The notes beneath the pieces are model-generated. The model saw nothing but the letters and a program-made list of their open reading frames with translations. It ran no database searches and had not been told where the DNA came from. From an uncultured Acidobacteriota bacterium (GTDB lineage Bacteria > Acidobacteriota > Vicinamibacteria > Vicinamibacterales > Fen-181), in the NCBI GenBank assembly GCA_963701315.1, contig OY969603.1, forward strand, positions 2,154,454-2,218,453: a DNA stretch of 64,000 nt, given 5' to 3'. Position 1 is the first letter of the stretch. Each line of letters opens with the position of its first letter. Made by a program: the position numbers and the translations under genes. Positions 1 to 11,039 of this stretch are shown piece after piece.

Positions 1-1036
1 GTCGACTCGTCGATGGCCGCGGCGCTGCTCAAGGAGCAGGGGTTCGATGTCGTCGGGCTGTCGATGCAGCTCTACGACCAGCGCGAGGGTGAGGCCTCGT
101 TCGGGTCGTGTTGCACGATCGACGACCTGCACGACGCGCGGCGCGTCGCCGCCGCACTCGGAATTCCGCACTACATCGTGAACCTGGAGCGACGGTTCGA
201 CGAGACGGTCGTCGCCAACTTCGTCGGCGAGTACCTCGCCGGGCGAACCCCGCTCCCGTGCGCGCACTGCAACAGCGAGCTGAAGTTCGCCGCGCTGCTC
301 GACCGCGCCGCCGCCCTTGGTGCCGCCGCGGTGGCCACGGGCCACTATGCCCGGGTGACGTCCAACCCGCTCACCCACCGCTATCACTTGCGGCGTGGCG
401 TCGACCCGGCCAAGGACCAGTCCTACTTCCTCTTCTCGCTGACGCAGGCGCAGCTGGCCGGAGCCGTCTTCCCGCTCGGCGCCCTGCGGAAGGAAGAAGT
501 CCGGCGCCTGGCCCGCGAGCGTGGGTTGGAGGTCGCGGACAAGCGCGACAGCCAGGAGATTCTGTTTCGTGCCGGGAGGGGACTACGCCGCGGTGGTCGA
601 GCGCCGGGCGCCCGACCGAATCCGGCCGGGATCGATCATCGACGCGCACGGCCGCCAGCTGGGTCGGCACGCGGGCATCCACCACTTCACGGTCGGGCAG
701 CGCAGGCGACTCGGCCTGGCCTCCCAGGTGCCGTTGTACGTGACCAAGCTGGACGCCCGGTCTGGCGAGGTCACCGTCGGCGCCCGCGAGGACCTGCCGC
801 GGGCCACGCTGACCGCCTCGGGCGTGTCCTGGGTCGCAGGCCAACCACCCGAACGTGCCGCGCGCCTGACGGTCCAGATCCGCTACCGCCACCAGCCGGC
901 GTGGGGCGTCGTCGAGGCCCTGGCCGGAGCAGGCGCGCGCGTCACCTTCGACGTGCCCCAGCGGGCGGTCACGCCCGGGCAGGCGGCCGTGTTCTACGAC
1001 GGGGACGACCTGGTTGGTGGGGGGTGGATCGACTAG
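1..1036 (+). pseudogene. mnmA: tRNA 2-thiouridine(34) synthase MnmA; 5' end cut by the window edge, reading frame broken by a +1 insertion near 558-563
   Basis: Frame of ORF 13..1200 reads [25 protein letters not shown]...[11 protein letters not shown]...DQSYFLF...DSQEI, then turns into R/G/P-rich text. Frame of ORF 521..1036 continues [13 protein letters not shown]...[12 protein letters not shown]...[19 protein letters not shown]. The junction is gagattctgt. Confidence 0.9.
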
Positions 1037-1093
1037 CGGCCCGCCTGGCGGTCGGGCTGAAGGCCCGGCCGCGCCGCGTCGTGGGAGTGCGCC

Positions 1094-2062
1094 TCACCGC
1101 GAGTCGACGGCGGACTCGGCCGGCACGACGGGCTCCGAGGCGCTCTCGAGGAATCGCTCGGCGTCGAGAGCGGCCATGCAGCCCGAGCCGGCCGCCGTGA
1201 CGGCCTGCCGGTAGACGTGGTCCTGCACGTCGCCGCACGCAAACACGCCGGCGACGCTTGTTGCCGTGCCGTTCTTGGTGACGAGGTAGCCGGTCGCGTC
1301 CAGTTCCAACTGCCCGGCGAACAGCCCGGTGTTGGGCGTGTGGCCGATGGCCACGAACACCCCGTCGACGGGCAGTTCGCTCCGCGCGCCGGTGACGGTG
1401 TCGCGCAGCACCAGCGCGCGGACGCCTCCCTGCCCGGCGCTCGCAATCTCCTCGACGACCGCGTTCCACCGCACCTCGATCTTCGGGTTGGCGGCGACCT
1501 TGGCCTGCATGATCTTGGACGCCCGGAACGCGTGGCGCCGATGCACGAGCGTCACCTTGGACGCGAACTTCGTGAGGAAGATCGCCTCCTCGAGCGCCGA
1601 GTCCCCACCCCCCACGACCGCGATCGGCTTGTCGCGGAAGAAGAAGCCGTCGCACGTCGCGCAGGTCGACACCCCGCGGCCCATCAGCTGGCGCTCGGAC
1701 TTCAGGCCCAACAGCCGCGCCGATGCGCCGGTCGCGATGACCACCGCCCTCGCGTGGTACTCGTGTTCGGTCGTCTTGACGGTGAACGGGCGACGCGCGA
1801 AGTCGACGCCGACCACCTCGGCCTGAACGAACTCGGTGCCGAACCGTTCGGCCTGCGCCCGCATCGCGCCCATCAGCTCGGGCCCCATGATGCCGTCGCT
1901 GAAGCCCGGGTAGTTCTCGACCGCCGTGGTGAGCATCAGCTGCCCGCCGGCCTCGAGCCCCTCGATCAGGAGCGGGTGCAGGTTCCCTCGCGCGGTGTAG
2001 ACCCCCGCCGTGAGGCCTGCCGGACCCGACCCGATGATGATGACGTTGCGCAGTTCGCTCAT
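1094..2062 (-). CDS. trxB: thioredoxin-disulfide reductase
   Basis: 322 aa with [11 protein letters not shown] motif, redox-active CATC ([10 protein letters not shown]) and [17 protein letters not shown] motif. Lies immediately downstream of trxA on the same strand. Confidence 0.95.
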   Translation of the reverse strand: MSELRNVIIIGSGPAGLTAGVYTARGNLHPLLIEGLEAGGQLMLTTAVENYPGFSDGIMGPELMGAMRAQAERFGTEFVQAEVVGVDFARRPFTVKTTEHEYHARAVVIATGASARLLGLKSERQLMGRGVSTCATCDGFFFRDKPIAVVGGGDSALEEAIFLTKFASKVTLVHRRHAFRASKIMQAKVAANPKIEVRWNAVVEEIASAGQGGVRALVLRDTVTGARSELPVDGVFVAIGHTPNTGLFAGQLELDATGYLVTKNGTATSVAGVFACGDVQDHVYRQAVTAAGSGCMAALDAERFLESASEPVVPAESAVDSR

Positions 2063-2070
2063 GACGCGGC

Positions 2071-2403
2071 CTACTGGAGATGCCGCTCGACCATCTTGCG
2101 GATCGTGTCCTTGTCGACCGCCCCGACGATGATGTCGGCCACCTCACCGCCCTTGAAGAGCATCAGGGTCGGGATCCCCCGGACCGCAAACCGCGTCGGC
2201 ACCTCGGGGTTCTCGTCCACGTTCATCTTGGCGACCGTCAGACGGCCCGCGAAGTCGTTGGCCACCTGGTCGACTGTCGGCGCAATCCGCTTGCACGGCA
2301 TGCACCACTCTGCCCAGAAGTCCACCAGCACCGGCGTCGAGGACTTCACCACGGACTGCTCGAACGTGGAATCGGTCACGGTCTGAATCTTGTCGGATGC
2401 CAT
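2071..2403 (-). CDS. trxA: thioredoxin (active site WCMPC)
   Basis: 110 aa, VLVDFWAEWCMPCKRIAP...RGIPTLMLFKGGE, the classical Trx fold signature. Confidence 0.95.
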   Translation of the reverse strand: MASDKIQTVTDSTFEQSVVKSSTPVLVDFWAEWCMPCKRIAPTVDQVANDFAGRLTVAKMNVDENPEVPTRFAVRGIPTLMLFKGGEVADIIVGAVDKDTIRKMVERHLQ

Positions 2404-2487
2404 TGCCGCTCCTTCCGTCGCGTTGACCGCCGGGCTCGGCCCTCGCCGCCCGGCTCTTCCTTTGATGCGGTTCGCCCCGGATTGGTT

Positions 2488-3946
2488 TCACGCCTTCATC
2501 CGGATGGCCCGCTCGTATACTTTGACGTACTCGGCCGCTGAGGCGTCCCAGGAATGGTCCTGGCTCATCCCCGCCAGCTGGACGGCCCGCCAGGTCGTCG
2601 GTCTCCGGAAGACGGCCAGGGCCTTCTCGAGGCAGCGGAACAGCGCGTCCGGCGTGTGGTCCCGGAACTTGAACCCAGTGCCCGACCCCGTGCGGGGATT
2701 CCAGTTCTCGATCGTATCATCGAGCCCGCCCGTCGCGCGGACCACCGGCACGGTGCCGTAGCGGAGGCTGTACATCTGGTTCAGTCCGCACGGCTCGAAG
2801 CGCGACGGCATCAGGAACAGATCGGCTCCGCCCTCGATGAGGTGGGCCAGGCGCTCGTCGAACCCCACGCGCACGGCCACCTGGTCCGGGTGGTCGGCAG
2901 CCAGGGCCCGCCACCCTTCCTCGTAGCGGGCCTCCCCACTGCCCAGCAGCACGAAGGTGGCGTCGAGCGACGGCAACCGGTCCGCGAGCGCCTCGAGCAG
3001 GTCGAATCCCTTCTGCTCGATCAGGCGCGAAACCATGCCGACGAGCGGGCGGTGCAACATCGCGGGCGCGACGCCCAGGCCGCACGACTCGAGCAGCAGG
3101 CGCTTGGACGCCTGCTTGTCGTCCAGCGTGTCGGGACCGTAGGGTTTCGCCAGGTACGGATCGGTCCGCGGGTTCCAGACATCGACATCGATGCCATTGA
3201 GGATGCCGGTCAGGTACTTGCCGCGCCGCCGGAGGATCCCGTCGAACCCGAACCCGGAATCCGGCTGCTGGATCTCGAGCGCGTACCGGCGGCTCACGGT
3301 GGTCACCAAGTCCGAGTAATTGACGCCGGCCTTGAGAAAGCTCAGCTTCCCCCAGGTACTCGAGCCCTTCGATGCCGAACGTCTCCCAGGCCAGGTCGAG
3401 CGCCGGCATCCAGGCGGGGGGAAACAGCCCCTGGTACGCGAGGTTGTGGACCGTGAAGACCGAGGCGACCCCTTTGAGCACGGAGTGGGCCGCGTAGATC
3501 GTCTTCAGGTACACGGAAGCCAGGCCGGCCTGCCAGTCGTGGCCGTGCACGACGTCGGGCCGGCGACCCGCCGCCCCCGCGTACTCGAGCGCGGCGCGGG
3601 CGAGCAGGGCGAAGCGGATGGCATTATCCGGGTAATCCGTGCTCCCGACGCCGTAGATCTCGGGCCGGTCGAACAGCTCCGGGCAGTCCAGCAGCACCGC
3701 GCGGACCCGGTCGCCGATGGGGCGCTCGACAAACGCGACGTCGAAGGCGCGGCCCCCCGTGGTAATCGGTCGACGCTCCACGACGGGCTCGCGCGCGGCA
3801 TCCCGGTAGCGCGGCAGCACCAGCGTCACGTCGTGCCCGAGGCGTCCAAGCGCCCGGGGCAGCGACCCGGCGACGTCGCCCAACCCGCCGGTCTTGGCGA
3901 AGGGAACCGCCTCAGACGCAATCATCAGGATGTGGCGTGCGCGCAC
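2488..3946 (-). pseudogene. glgA: glycogen synthase GlgA, frame broken by a +1 insertion in a G5/C5 run near 3349-3356
   Basis: N-terminal frame reads HILMIASEAVPFAKTGGLGDV...HGHDWQAGL...GLEYLG. C-terminal frame (ORF 2488..3309) reads (K)LSFLKAGVNYSDLVTTVSRRYA...NGIDVDVWNP...PSRFEPCGLNQMYSLRYGTVPVV. A GTG at 3946 is preceded by GAGGAGGG. Confidence 0.9.
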
Positions 3947-3973
3947 GTCAGCCCTCCTCACCAGCACATCAGT

Positions 3974-4942
3974 CTACACCGCCGGCCGGCCGTCGCGGCG
4001 TGAGCCGGCGAGCCGGGCCAGCAGGGCCTGGAAATCGGCTGGCGGACTGGCCGTGAACGTGACGCGCCGGCGCGTCGTCGGATGCCGGAAGGCCAGGCGC
4101 GCGGCGTGGAGCGCCTGCCGGTCGAAGGGCGGCTCCCCCGCCCCGGTCGGGTGGCCTAACCGGTAGATCCGTTCGCCGACCAGCGGGTGCCCGCGCGAAC
4201 CCGCCTGCACGCGGATCTGATTGCGCTTGCCCGTGACCAGGGACACCTCCAGGAGGGCGTGGTGCGCGAAGCGCTGGAGGACGCGGTAGGACGCCTCCGC
4301 ATCCTTCGCGCGGGCCTCGTCGAGGTGGGCGCGTTTCTGGACGAGCCGCGTCGGGTCCCAGACGAGCCGGTCGCGCCAGACACCCGACGGCGGCTCCGGA
4401 TGGCCGGTCACCACGGCCAGGTACACCCGCTCGGGAGTCCGCCGCTCGAATTGGCGTTTGAGGTCGTCTCGCGACACGACCGTCAGCGCGAACAGGACCA
4501 GCCCGCTCGTGTCGCGATCAATACGATGCACGACAAACGGGCGCGTCCGCCGTCCCGAACGCAGGTGGTCGGCCAGCAGGTCGACGAGCGTGACTTCGCC
4601 CTGCGCCTCGCCGGGGAGGGGCTCGACCAGCCAGCCCGAGGGCTTGTTGACGACGAGCACCGCCTCGTCCTGGTGCACGATGTCGAGCGCCGCGCGGGCG
4701 CTCACGACCTCACGGTCGCGGGGACGCGCACTGCCGGGGCGGTCCGGCCAGTAGCCCACGCGGTCGCCCTCGCCCACGGGCCGCCCCGCATCGGAGAAGA
4801 CCAACTCGGTGCCGTTGAGGAACACTTTGCCGCATTCGAGCGCGGCGCGGGCGCGCCCGCGCGACCCGATCTCCGTCCGGGCGGCCAGCCACGCGTCCAG
4901 CCGCATCCCGGCGTCCGTCCGGTCGACCGTCCAGGTCTTCAT
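3974..4942 (-). CDS. RluA-family (RluD/RluC-like) rRNA pseudouridine synthase with N-terminal S4 domain
   Basis: MKTWTVDRTDAGMRLDAWLA...GKVFLNG (S4-like), then HRIDRDTSGLVLFA catalytic Asp motif and GKRNQIRVQ. AAGGAG lies upstream of the ATG at 4942. The upstream part of ORF 3974..5863 overlaps the TonB receptor and is not coding. Confidence 0.85.
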   Translation of the reverse strand: MKTWTVDRTDAGMRLDAWLAARTEIGSRGRARAALECGKVFLNGTELVFSDAGRPVGEGDRVGYWPDRPGSARPRDREVVSARAALDIVHQDEAVLVVNKPSGWLVEPLPGEAQGEVTLVDLLADHLRSGRRTRPFVVHRIDRDTSGLVLFALTVVSRDDLKRQFERRTPERVYLAVVTGHPEPPSGVWRDRLVWDPTRLVQKRAHLDEARAKDAEASYRVLQRFAHHALLEVSLVTGKRNQIRVQAGSRGHPLVGERIYRLGHPTGAGEPPFDRQALHAARLAFRHPTTRRRVTFTASPPADFQALLARLAGSRRDGRPAV

Positions 4943-5064
4943 CGCGCGCGCCGGCTCCTTTCGGCCCCGTCGTTCGGCCATCGTACGCGAAAAAGGCCCC
5001 GGAGGCCGAAGCCCCCGGGGCCGACGGCGCGGTGGGGCCCCACCGCGACGAACCGACAGGCGCG

Positions 5065-7815
5065 CTAGAACGACCAGCGCGCGCCGAGCGTGATCTGGCG
5101 GCCGGCCAGCGTGGTGAGCGGCCCGCCGAAGTACACCGGGTAGCTGGCCCCGGTGGTGATGTTGCTGAGCGACGTACTCGGGTACCGCCCGTTGTTGCTC
5201 ACCACCGTGTTCTGGTTGAACAGGTTGGCGATGTCGGCGTAGAAGCCGAAGCGGTGGATCCCGACGTTGATGACCTTCTCCAACCGCAGGTCGAGCTGCG
5301 AGTAGGCGTTGGAGATGTGCATATCGCGGGAGTCCACGTTGACGTAGATCGAGCTCGTCCAGTCCGTGCGGCTGGTGGAGACCCGGTAGTACGCCGCGTA
5401 CGGCTCGCCGGATCCGTACTGCCAGTACCCGTTGACCGACACTTCGATCTTCGGAATCTGGTAGCCGCCGAACAACCGGACCATGTTGCGGCGGTCGTAG
5501 GCGGTCGGCCCGTCCGCGTTGATGAGGATCGTGTTCGGCGTTTCGAACTGGCCGCTCACGATGCCAGCATAGGTGCTGTTGCTGATCGTCCCGGTCGTCT
5601 TCGAGAGGACCCACGAGAACTGAGCCTGCCACCGGTTCTTGTAGGCGCGCTCGAGCACGAGCATCAGGCCCTTGTAGTCGCGGTAGCCGTTGACCGTCAC
5701 CGGCTTCCCGTCGACCATGTAGGTGACCGTGTCGGTGTTCTGGATGAGGAAGTGCTGTCCGATGTCCGGGTTGGCCCACCGGTAGTAGTCGACCACCGAG
5801 GCCGCCACCGGGTTCGCCCCGGCCCCCGTCCACGTCGGCAGCGCGAACGACCCGCTCGACCACTGGGCGTCCGGCAGCACGGAGTTGATGAAGTTGTGCC
5901 AGCTCCGGTAGATCCCGGTGGCCGTGAACTTGAACGACTTCAGGAACTGCTGCTCGTACGAGAAGTTGACCTCGTCCACCTTCGGCTGCTTGATGCTGTC
6001 GGCCACCGTGTACTTCGACGCGCCCGACACGCGGCCAATCTCGGTGAGCGAGCTCCAGTTCGGGCCCACGGCGTAGGTCACGTAGTCGCCGACGCCGGTG
6101 GCCGCGCGGCTCCAGGAGGAGAACACGGCGGCGTCATAGAGCTGCCCGTAGTAGCCGCGGATGACCGACGTGCCCTTGCCCGACAGGTCGAAGGCCGCCC
6201 CGAGGCGCGGACCAAACGACAGCGTGTGGTAGAGCTCTTGGTTCGTGCGAGCGTCCGTGCCCGTGATGTGGTCGGCTCGCAGGCCCAGGTTCGCTGTGAA
6301 CCGCGATCCCATCTTCCACTGGTCCTGGGCGTAGAACGACTCGCGCATGTTCCGGCCCTGGAGGTCGTAGGAGTACCCGTACGCGTAGAGCGGCTGCCCG
6401 CCGTAGTCGTAGTAGTAGACGCCCTTGCCCGCGTACTGGGACCGGTCGCGGATGGTGCTGCGCTCGATCTCCGCGCCGAACTTGAAGCTGTGCGAGCCGG
6501 CCGCCTGGGCGTACTTCGACAAGGCCGCGTTCAGCTGGTTGCGCGTCCGGTCGTACTGCGACACAGAGCCCGCGCCGCCCGAGTAGGCGCCCGTGGCCCC
6601 GTCGATGTGCGTCTCCGCCTGGCTCACCGGGTTCAGGTCGTAGTAGCCCCACCAGCCGGTGAATTTCACCTCGAGGAAGGTCGACGGATTGAACACCTTG
6701 CGGTACTGCGCATTCCAGATGGCTTCCGGCGAGTCCTGGTCGATCGTCTGGCTATGCGAGGAGACCGCGTAGCCCGGGATCATCCCCGTGCGCCCCGTCT
6801 GGTTGTACTGGTCGTACTGGAGCGACGTGATGATGCTGTCGTTGGGCGTCGGCTGGAAGGTGAACTTGATGTTGAAGCGCGGACTGACCTCGGTGCGGAC
6901 CGGGGGGATGTACTGCTCGATCTTGTAGCGCTGGATACTCGCGAAGAAGAAGATCTTGTCCTTCTTCACGGGCCCGCCGAGCTGCACCGTGTAGTCCTTC
7001 ATGCTCGACACGCGCACCGGCGAGCCGAGGTTGGGGTTGAGCGCCACGACCGCGGGGTCGGAGTTGTCCGAGAAGAGCGGACTGCTGTCGTTCGTGAACC
7101 GGAACTCGGAGAGGTGCGAGAAGCGGTTGCCGCCCGATTTGGTGATCGTGTTGACCACCGCGCCGGTGAAGCCGCCGTACTCGGCCTGCTGTCCCAGCCC
7201 GGCGACCTGGATCTCGTCGATGATGTTGTAGTTGTAGAAGGTCCACGCCGTCCCGCCCTCGGGGTCGCGCGTGTCGACGCCGTCGAGCATCAGCGAGTTG
7301 GCGCCGTCCGACGCGCCGCCGAACGCGGAGCCGTCGGTCACGCCCGGCATGTACTGCAGGATGTTGACAGCCGGGTTGTTGTGGCTGATCGGCATGCTGA
7401 ACAGCAGGTCCTGCGACATGTTCGTGTCGGTCGCCGTTGAGGTGGTGTCGATCATCACGGCGTTGGCCACGACGTCGACCGTCTCGCTCAGTCCGCCGAC
7501 GGCCATTGCCAGGTTCACGTCGACCGTCTTGCCGAGCCCGATCTCGATCCCCTGCTGCTCCTTCGGCCGGAACCCCTGGAGTTCCGACCTGACGTTGTAG
7601 GTTCCCGGCGCGAGCCCGATGAACCGGTACTCGCCCTTCGCGTCGGAGACCTGCGACTGCGCACCGGTCTTGCCCGTGAGCGTGACGGTCACGCCGGGCA
7701 GTACGCCTCCCTGTTCGTCGGTGACCTTGCCCGTGATGGTGCCCGTCAATGTCTGGGCGCTCACCCCGCAGGCCACGAACGCAACGAGGAGGGTCAAGAG
7801 AATCACTCGCCTCAT
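5065..7815 (-). CDS. TonB-dependent outer-membrane receptor with CarboxypepD_reg-like N-terminal domain
   Basis: 916 aa. Signal peptide MRRVILLTLLVAFVACGVSAQ, then GTITGKVTDEQGGVLPGVTVTL...GEYRF..L.PGTY. Ends in a long beta-barrel with terminal ...LGARWSF. Confidence 0.9.
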   Translation of the reverse strand: MRRVILLTLLVAFVACGVSAQTLTGTITGKVTDEQGGVLPGVTVTLTGKTGAQSQVSDAKGEYRFIGLAPGTYNVRSELQGFRPKEQQGIEIGLGKTVDVNLAMAVGGLSETVDVVANAVMIDTTSTATDTNMSQDLLFSMPISHNNPAVNILQYMPGVTDGSAFGGASDGANSLMLDGVDTRDPEGGTAWTFYNYNIIDEIQVAGLGQQAEYGGFTGAVVNTITKSGGNRFSHLSEFRFTNDSSPLFSDNSDPAVVALNPNLGSPVRVSSMKDYTVQLGGPVKKDKIFFFASIQRYKIEQYIPPVRTEVSPRFNIKFTFQPTPNDSIITSLQYDQYNQTGRTGMIPGYAVSSHSQTIDQDSPEAIWNAQYRKVFNPSTFLEVKFTGWWGYYDLNPVSQAETHIDGATGAYSGGAGSVSQYDRTRNQLNAALSKYAQAAGSHSFKFGAEIERSTIRDRSQYAGKGVYYYDYGGQPLYAYGYSYDLQGRNMRESFYAQDQWKMGSRFTANLGLRADHITGTDARTNQELYHTLSFGPRLGAAFDLSGKGTSVIRGYYGQLYDAAVFSSWSRAATGVGDYVTYAVGPNWSSLTEIGRVSGASKYTVADSIKQPKVDEVNFSYEQQFLKSFKFTATGIYRSWHNFINSVLPDAQWSSGSFALPTWTGAGANPVAASVVDYYRWANPDIGQHFLIQNTDTVTYMVDGKPVTVNGYRDYKGLMLVLERAYKNRWQAQFSWVLSKTTGTISNSTYAGIVSGQFETPNTILINADGPTAYDRRNMVRLFGGYQIPKIEVSVNGYWQYGSGEPYAAYYRVSTSRTDWTSSIYVNVDSRDMHISNAYSQLDLRLEKVINVGIHRFGFYADIANLFNQNTVVSNNGRYPSTSLSNITTGASYPVYFGGPLTTLAGRQITLGARWSF

Positions 7816-7830
7816 GCTGGTCCTCCTCGA

Positions 7831-8175
7831 CTACTGGTTCTGGCGGATGACGGAGTGGATACGGTCATGGCTCGCCGAATAGGCGGCGTAGCCCGTGCCG
7901 GCGGCCACCACGGCCAGCACGATGATGCCTGCCGGAGTCTTGAAGAACGAGGCCTTGCCGAGCTGGGACTTGTCCGGCGGAGCGGCCTTCTGCTGCGCCT
8001 GGGCAGCGGGAACGGCCGCGTTCGCCGCCGCTCTCGCGATCGACGCCTTCAGGCCCGGGCGGGCGACCGGTTGAGTGGACTCCTCCGCCAAACCTGGCAG
8101 AGGAACGGCAGCGAGGACCAGCGCGAACGCAAGTGCCCGCAGGCCCAGCCGCCACGAGCAGACTTGAACTTTCAC
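7831..8175 (-). CDS. small secreted/membrane-anchored hypothetical protein upstream of the TonB receptor
   Basis: GTG at 8175 preceded by AAGGAGG at 7 nt. Signal-like WRLGLRALAFALVLAAVPLPGLA, an Ala/Gln-rich middle and a C-terminal hydrophobic helix GIIVLAVVAAGTGYAAY. Confidence 0.5.
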   Translation of the reverse strand: MKVQVCSWRLGLRALAFALVLAAVPLPGLAEESTQPVARPGLKASIARAAANAAVPAAQAQQKAAPPDKSQLGKASFFKTPAGIIVLAVVAAGTGYAAYSASHDRIHSVIRQNQ

Positions 8176-8604
8176 GTTGACAACCTCCTTGTTAGCAGGG
8201 CAGCCCAAAGCTCGAACGCGTACCCCCGAGCCGAGGATAGTGCCGGAGTATACTCCAAACGCTCTGCCACCTCACCGGAATCCCAAGAGCGCAACGGGAC
8301 GGGCGCAGGGAGGCGGATTCCGGCCGGTTTTCCCCGCATAGTCATCCGACGCGCCGCATAGGGCTCCAGCTGATCCAACAAACCGAAGCTCAGCATCCAA
8401 CCAGTTGAAGAGGCGGGGCGCCGACCGCCGGTCCCGCTCGAGCGCATCCGATCACCTCACGACGCTGCGGGGCCCCGTCGAGCCCGTTCGCCGGAGGCGG
8501 CTCGGCCAGCCGCCGCGGTTGACGTGGTGGCAGCAATCAGAGAGCATGACCACAGGCCGTGGAGTGGACGGCCGCCCCCGCCCGCGACGGTCAGCTCGAC
8601 AGCC

Positions 8605-11030
8605 ATGGCACGCCGCAAGCACCGGTCGCCCCTCTCCCAGCCGCCGCCCGCCCGCGTGCGCCAGGCCGCCGCCCGTCTCCGGCGACTCCGCATCGCCGGC
8701 TTCGTGTGCGGGGCGTTGGTCGTCGTCGGGATCGCAGGCTTTGGAGCCTGGTACTACGAGGCGACCCGACCGGCGTTCAGCGCCGGTGGGGTCGACCTTG
8801 GCCGCCCGACGACGGGCCGCGCGGGTGACCCGCTCAACCTGCTGGTCGTCACCTTCGACACGACGCGCGCCGACCGGATCGGCGCCTACGGGTACACCGC
8901 TATCGAGACGCCGACGCTCGACCGCCTGGCCGACGAGGGTGTGCTCTTCGATCAGGTCATGGCGACCGCGCCGCTGACCCTGCCCGCGCACTGCAGCATC
9001 TTCACGAGCCGCTTCCCGCCCGAACACGGTGTCCGCGACAACGGCGGGTTCTTCCTGTCGCCCGACCAGCCGACACTGGCGGCAATGCTCAAGCGCCGCG
9101 GCTTTGCCACCGGCGCGGTCGTCGGCGCCTACGTGCTCGACGGCAAGTGGGGGTTGAACCAGGGATTCGACACCTACGTCGACGACTTCGACCTGACGAA
9201 GCTGTCCGGGTTCGCACTCGGCGACGTCCGCCGTCCCGGCAACGAAGTCGTGGACCGCGCCCTGCCCTGGCTCGAGAAGGTCAAGTCCAGGCGGTTCTTC
9301 GCCTGGCTGCACTTCTACGACCCCCACTCGCCCTACGAACCGCCCGAGCCCTTCAAGTCCCGGTACCGCGACCACCCGTACTCGGGGTCCATCGCCTTCG
9401 CCGACTCCCAGCTCTCGCGCGTCGTAGCCTTCCTCGAACAGAACAACCTGCTGAACCGGACGGTCATCGCGGTCATGGGCGACCACGGCGAGAGTCTGAA
9501 CCAGCACAACGAGGGGACGCACGCGTTCTTCATCTACGAGAGCACCATCCGCGTGCCCTTCATCGTCCGCGCGCCCTTCGAGCGGCTGCGCGGACGCCGG
9601 GTCGTGGACCCGGTGCGGTCGGTGGACCTGCTGCCGACGGTGCTCGACCTGCTGGGCATTTCTCCGCCGAAGGCCATCGCGGGCAAGAGCCTCGTGCCCC
9701 TGATGACCGGCCTGGTCCGCACCATGGACCTCGAGGGCTACGCCGAGGCGATGTACCCGCTCCATCACTTCGGCTGGAGCGACCTGCGCGCCTGGCGCGT
9801 GGGCCGCTACAAGGCCATCGACGCGCCGCGGCCCGAACTCTACGATTCTCGAGCGCGATCCCAACGAAACGACCAATCTCTACGCCGACCGTCGGACCCT
9901 GGCCGACGGCATGATCGCTCGCCTCCGCCAGGTCGAGCACGAAGCGACCGGCAGCGGCGCGGCGAAACCCGCGCCCGAGGTCGACCCCGAGGCGCGGGCG
10001 CGGCTCGCGGCCCTGGGTTACGTCGGGTCGTTCGTGGCGACCACGGCCGAACCCAAGGAGGGCCGGGCGGACCCGAAGGACAAGATCGAGGTGTTCAACC
10101 TGATGACCGACGCGCGGGAAACGGGTCGGGACGAGAAGGCGCTCGAGCGGGTCATCGCCATGTACCGCAAGGTCGTGGCCGAGGACCCCAACGTGATCGA
10201 CGCCTGGTTCAACCTCGGCAACGTGCACTCGCGGCTCCACCGCTACGAAGAGGCGATCCAGTATTTCAAGCACGCGCTCGAACTCAAGCCCGACTACGAC
10301 CTGCCCGTCATCAACATGGCCAACGCCTACCGCCAGATGGGCAACGACGACGCGGCGCTCGCCGGCTACCAGCACTACCTCGCCATCGACCCGAAGAACG
10401 CCCACGTGTGGTACCAGAATCGGCGAGATCTACCTCGACCGGGGCGACGAGCCCCGCGCGGCCGCGAACTTCGCCAAGGCGCTGGAATTCAACCCGCGCG
10501 AGGCGTCAGCGCGCAACGCCCTGGGGGTGCTCGCCTTCAGGCGCGGCGACCTGGTGACGGCCGAGCGCGAGGCCCGGGCGGCGCTCGAGATCAAGAAGGA
10601 CGTGCGACTGGCCCACTACAACCTGGCGCTCATCGCCGAGGAACGGAACGACCTGCGCGCGGCGGAGACCGAGTACCGCGCCGAGTTGGAGCTGCATCCG
10701 AACGCGTACAAGGCCGCCTTCAACCTGGGGCGACTCTGCGAACGCCTGGGCAACGCGTCCGGCCAGGTGGCGGCACTCAAGCAGGCCGTCGAGCAGAACC
10801 CGCGCTTCCCGGAAGGCAAGATCTTCCTGGCCAAGGCCTACCTCGACGCCGGCATCAACTTCCCCGAGGCCATCGTCCTGGCGCGCGAAGGGCTGACGCT
10901 CGACCCGCGCCCGGACCTCGCGTCGCTGGCCCACTACGTCCTGGCGGACCTGTACAACCGGGTCGGCCGCCCGCGGGACGCGGCACGCGAGGTGGACCTC
11001 GGGCGCGCCCTCGGGCGCCGGGCCCGTTAA
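8605..11030 (+). pseudogene. membrane-anchored sulfatase-like (alkaline phosphatase superfamily) / TPR fusion protein, paralogue A; two +1 insertions at about 9847 and 10418
   Basis: Three consecutive frames join cleanly: ...VVTFDTTRADRIGAYGY...PLTLPAHCSIFTS...MGDHGESL...IRVPFIV...PRPELYD | LERDPNETTNLY...LAALGYVGS...TPR...HVWYQ | IGEIYLDRGDEP...TPR...DLYNRVGRPRDA. N-terminal TM segment IAGFVCGALVVVGIAGFGAWYY. Confidence 0.85.
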
Positions 11031-11039
11031 TCCGCGATC

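Noticed and set aside
4943-5863. N-terminal 300 codons of ORF 3974..5863
   Set aside because: It overlaps the 3' end of the TonB receptor in another frame and is Arg/Pro/Gly-rich. The pseudouridine synthase homology begins at the ATG at 4942, which has an AAGGAG upstream.
5032-7440. 802-aa ORF on the plus strand
   Set aside because: It lies entirely antisense to the well-supported TonB receptor gene. Its composition is dominated by V/R/G/D/A, as expected for shadow frames in GC-rich DNA, and it has no motifs.
8452-9876. 474-aa minus-strand ORF
   Set aside because: It is antisense to the sulfatase-like/TPR paralogue A, which has strong motif support, and it shows shadow-frame composition.
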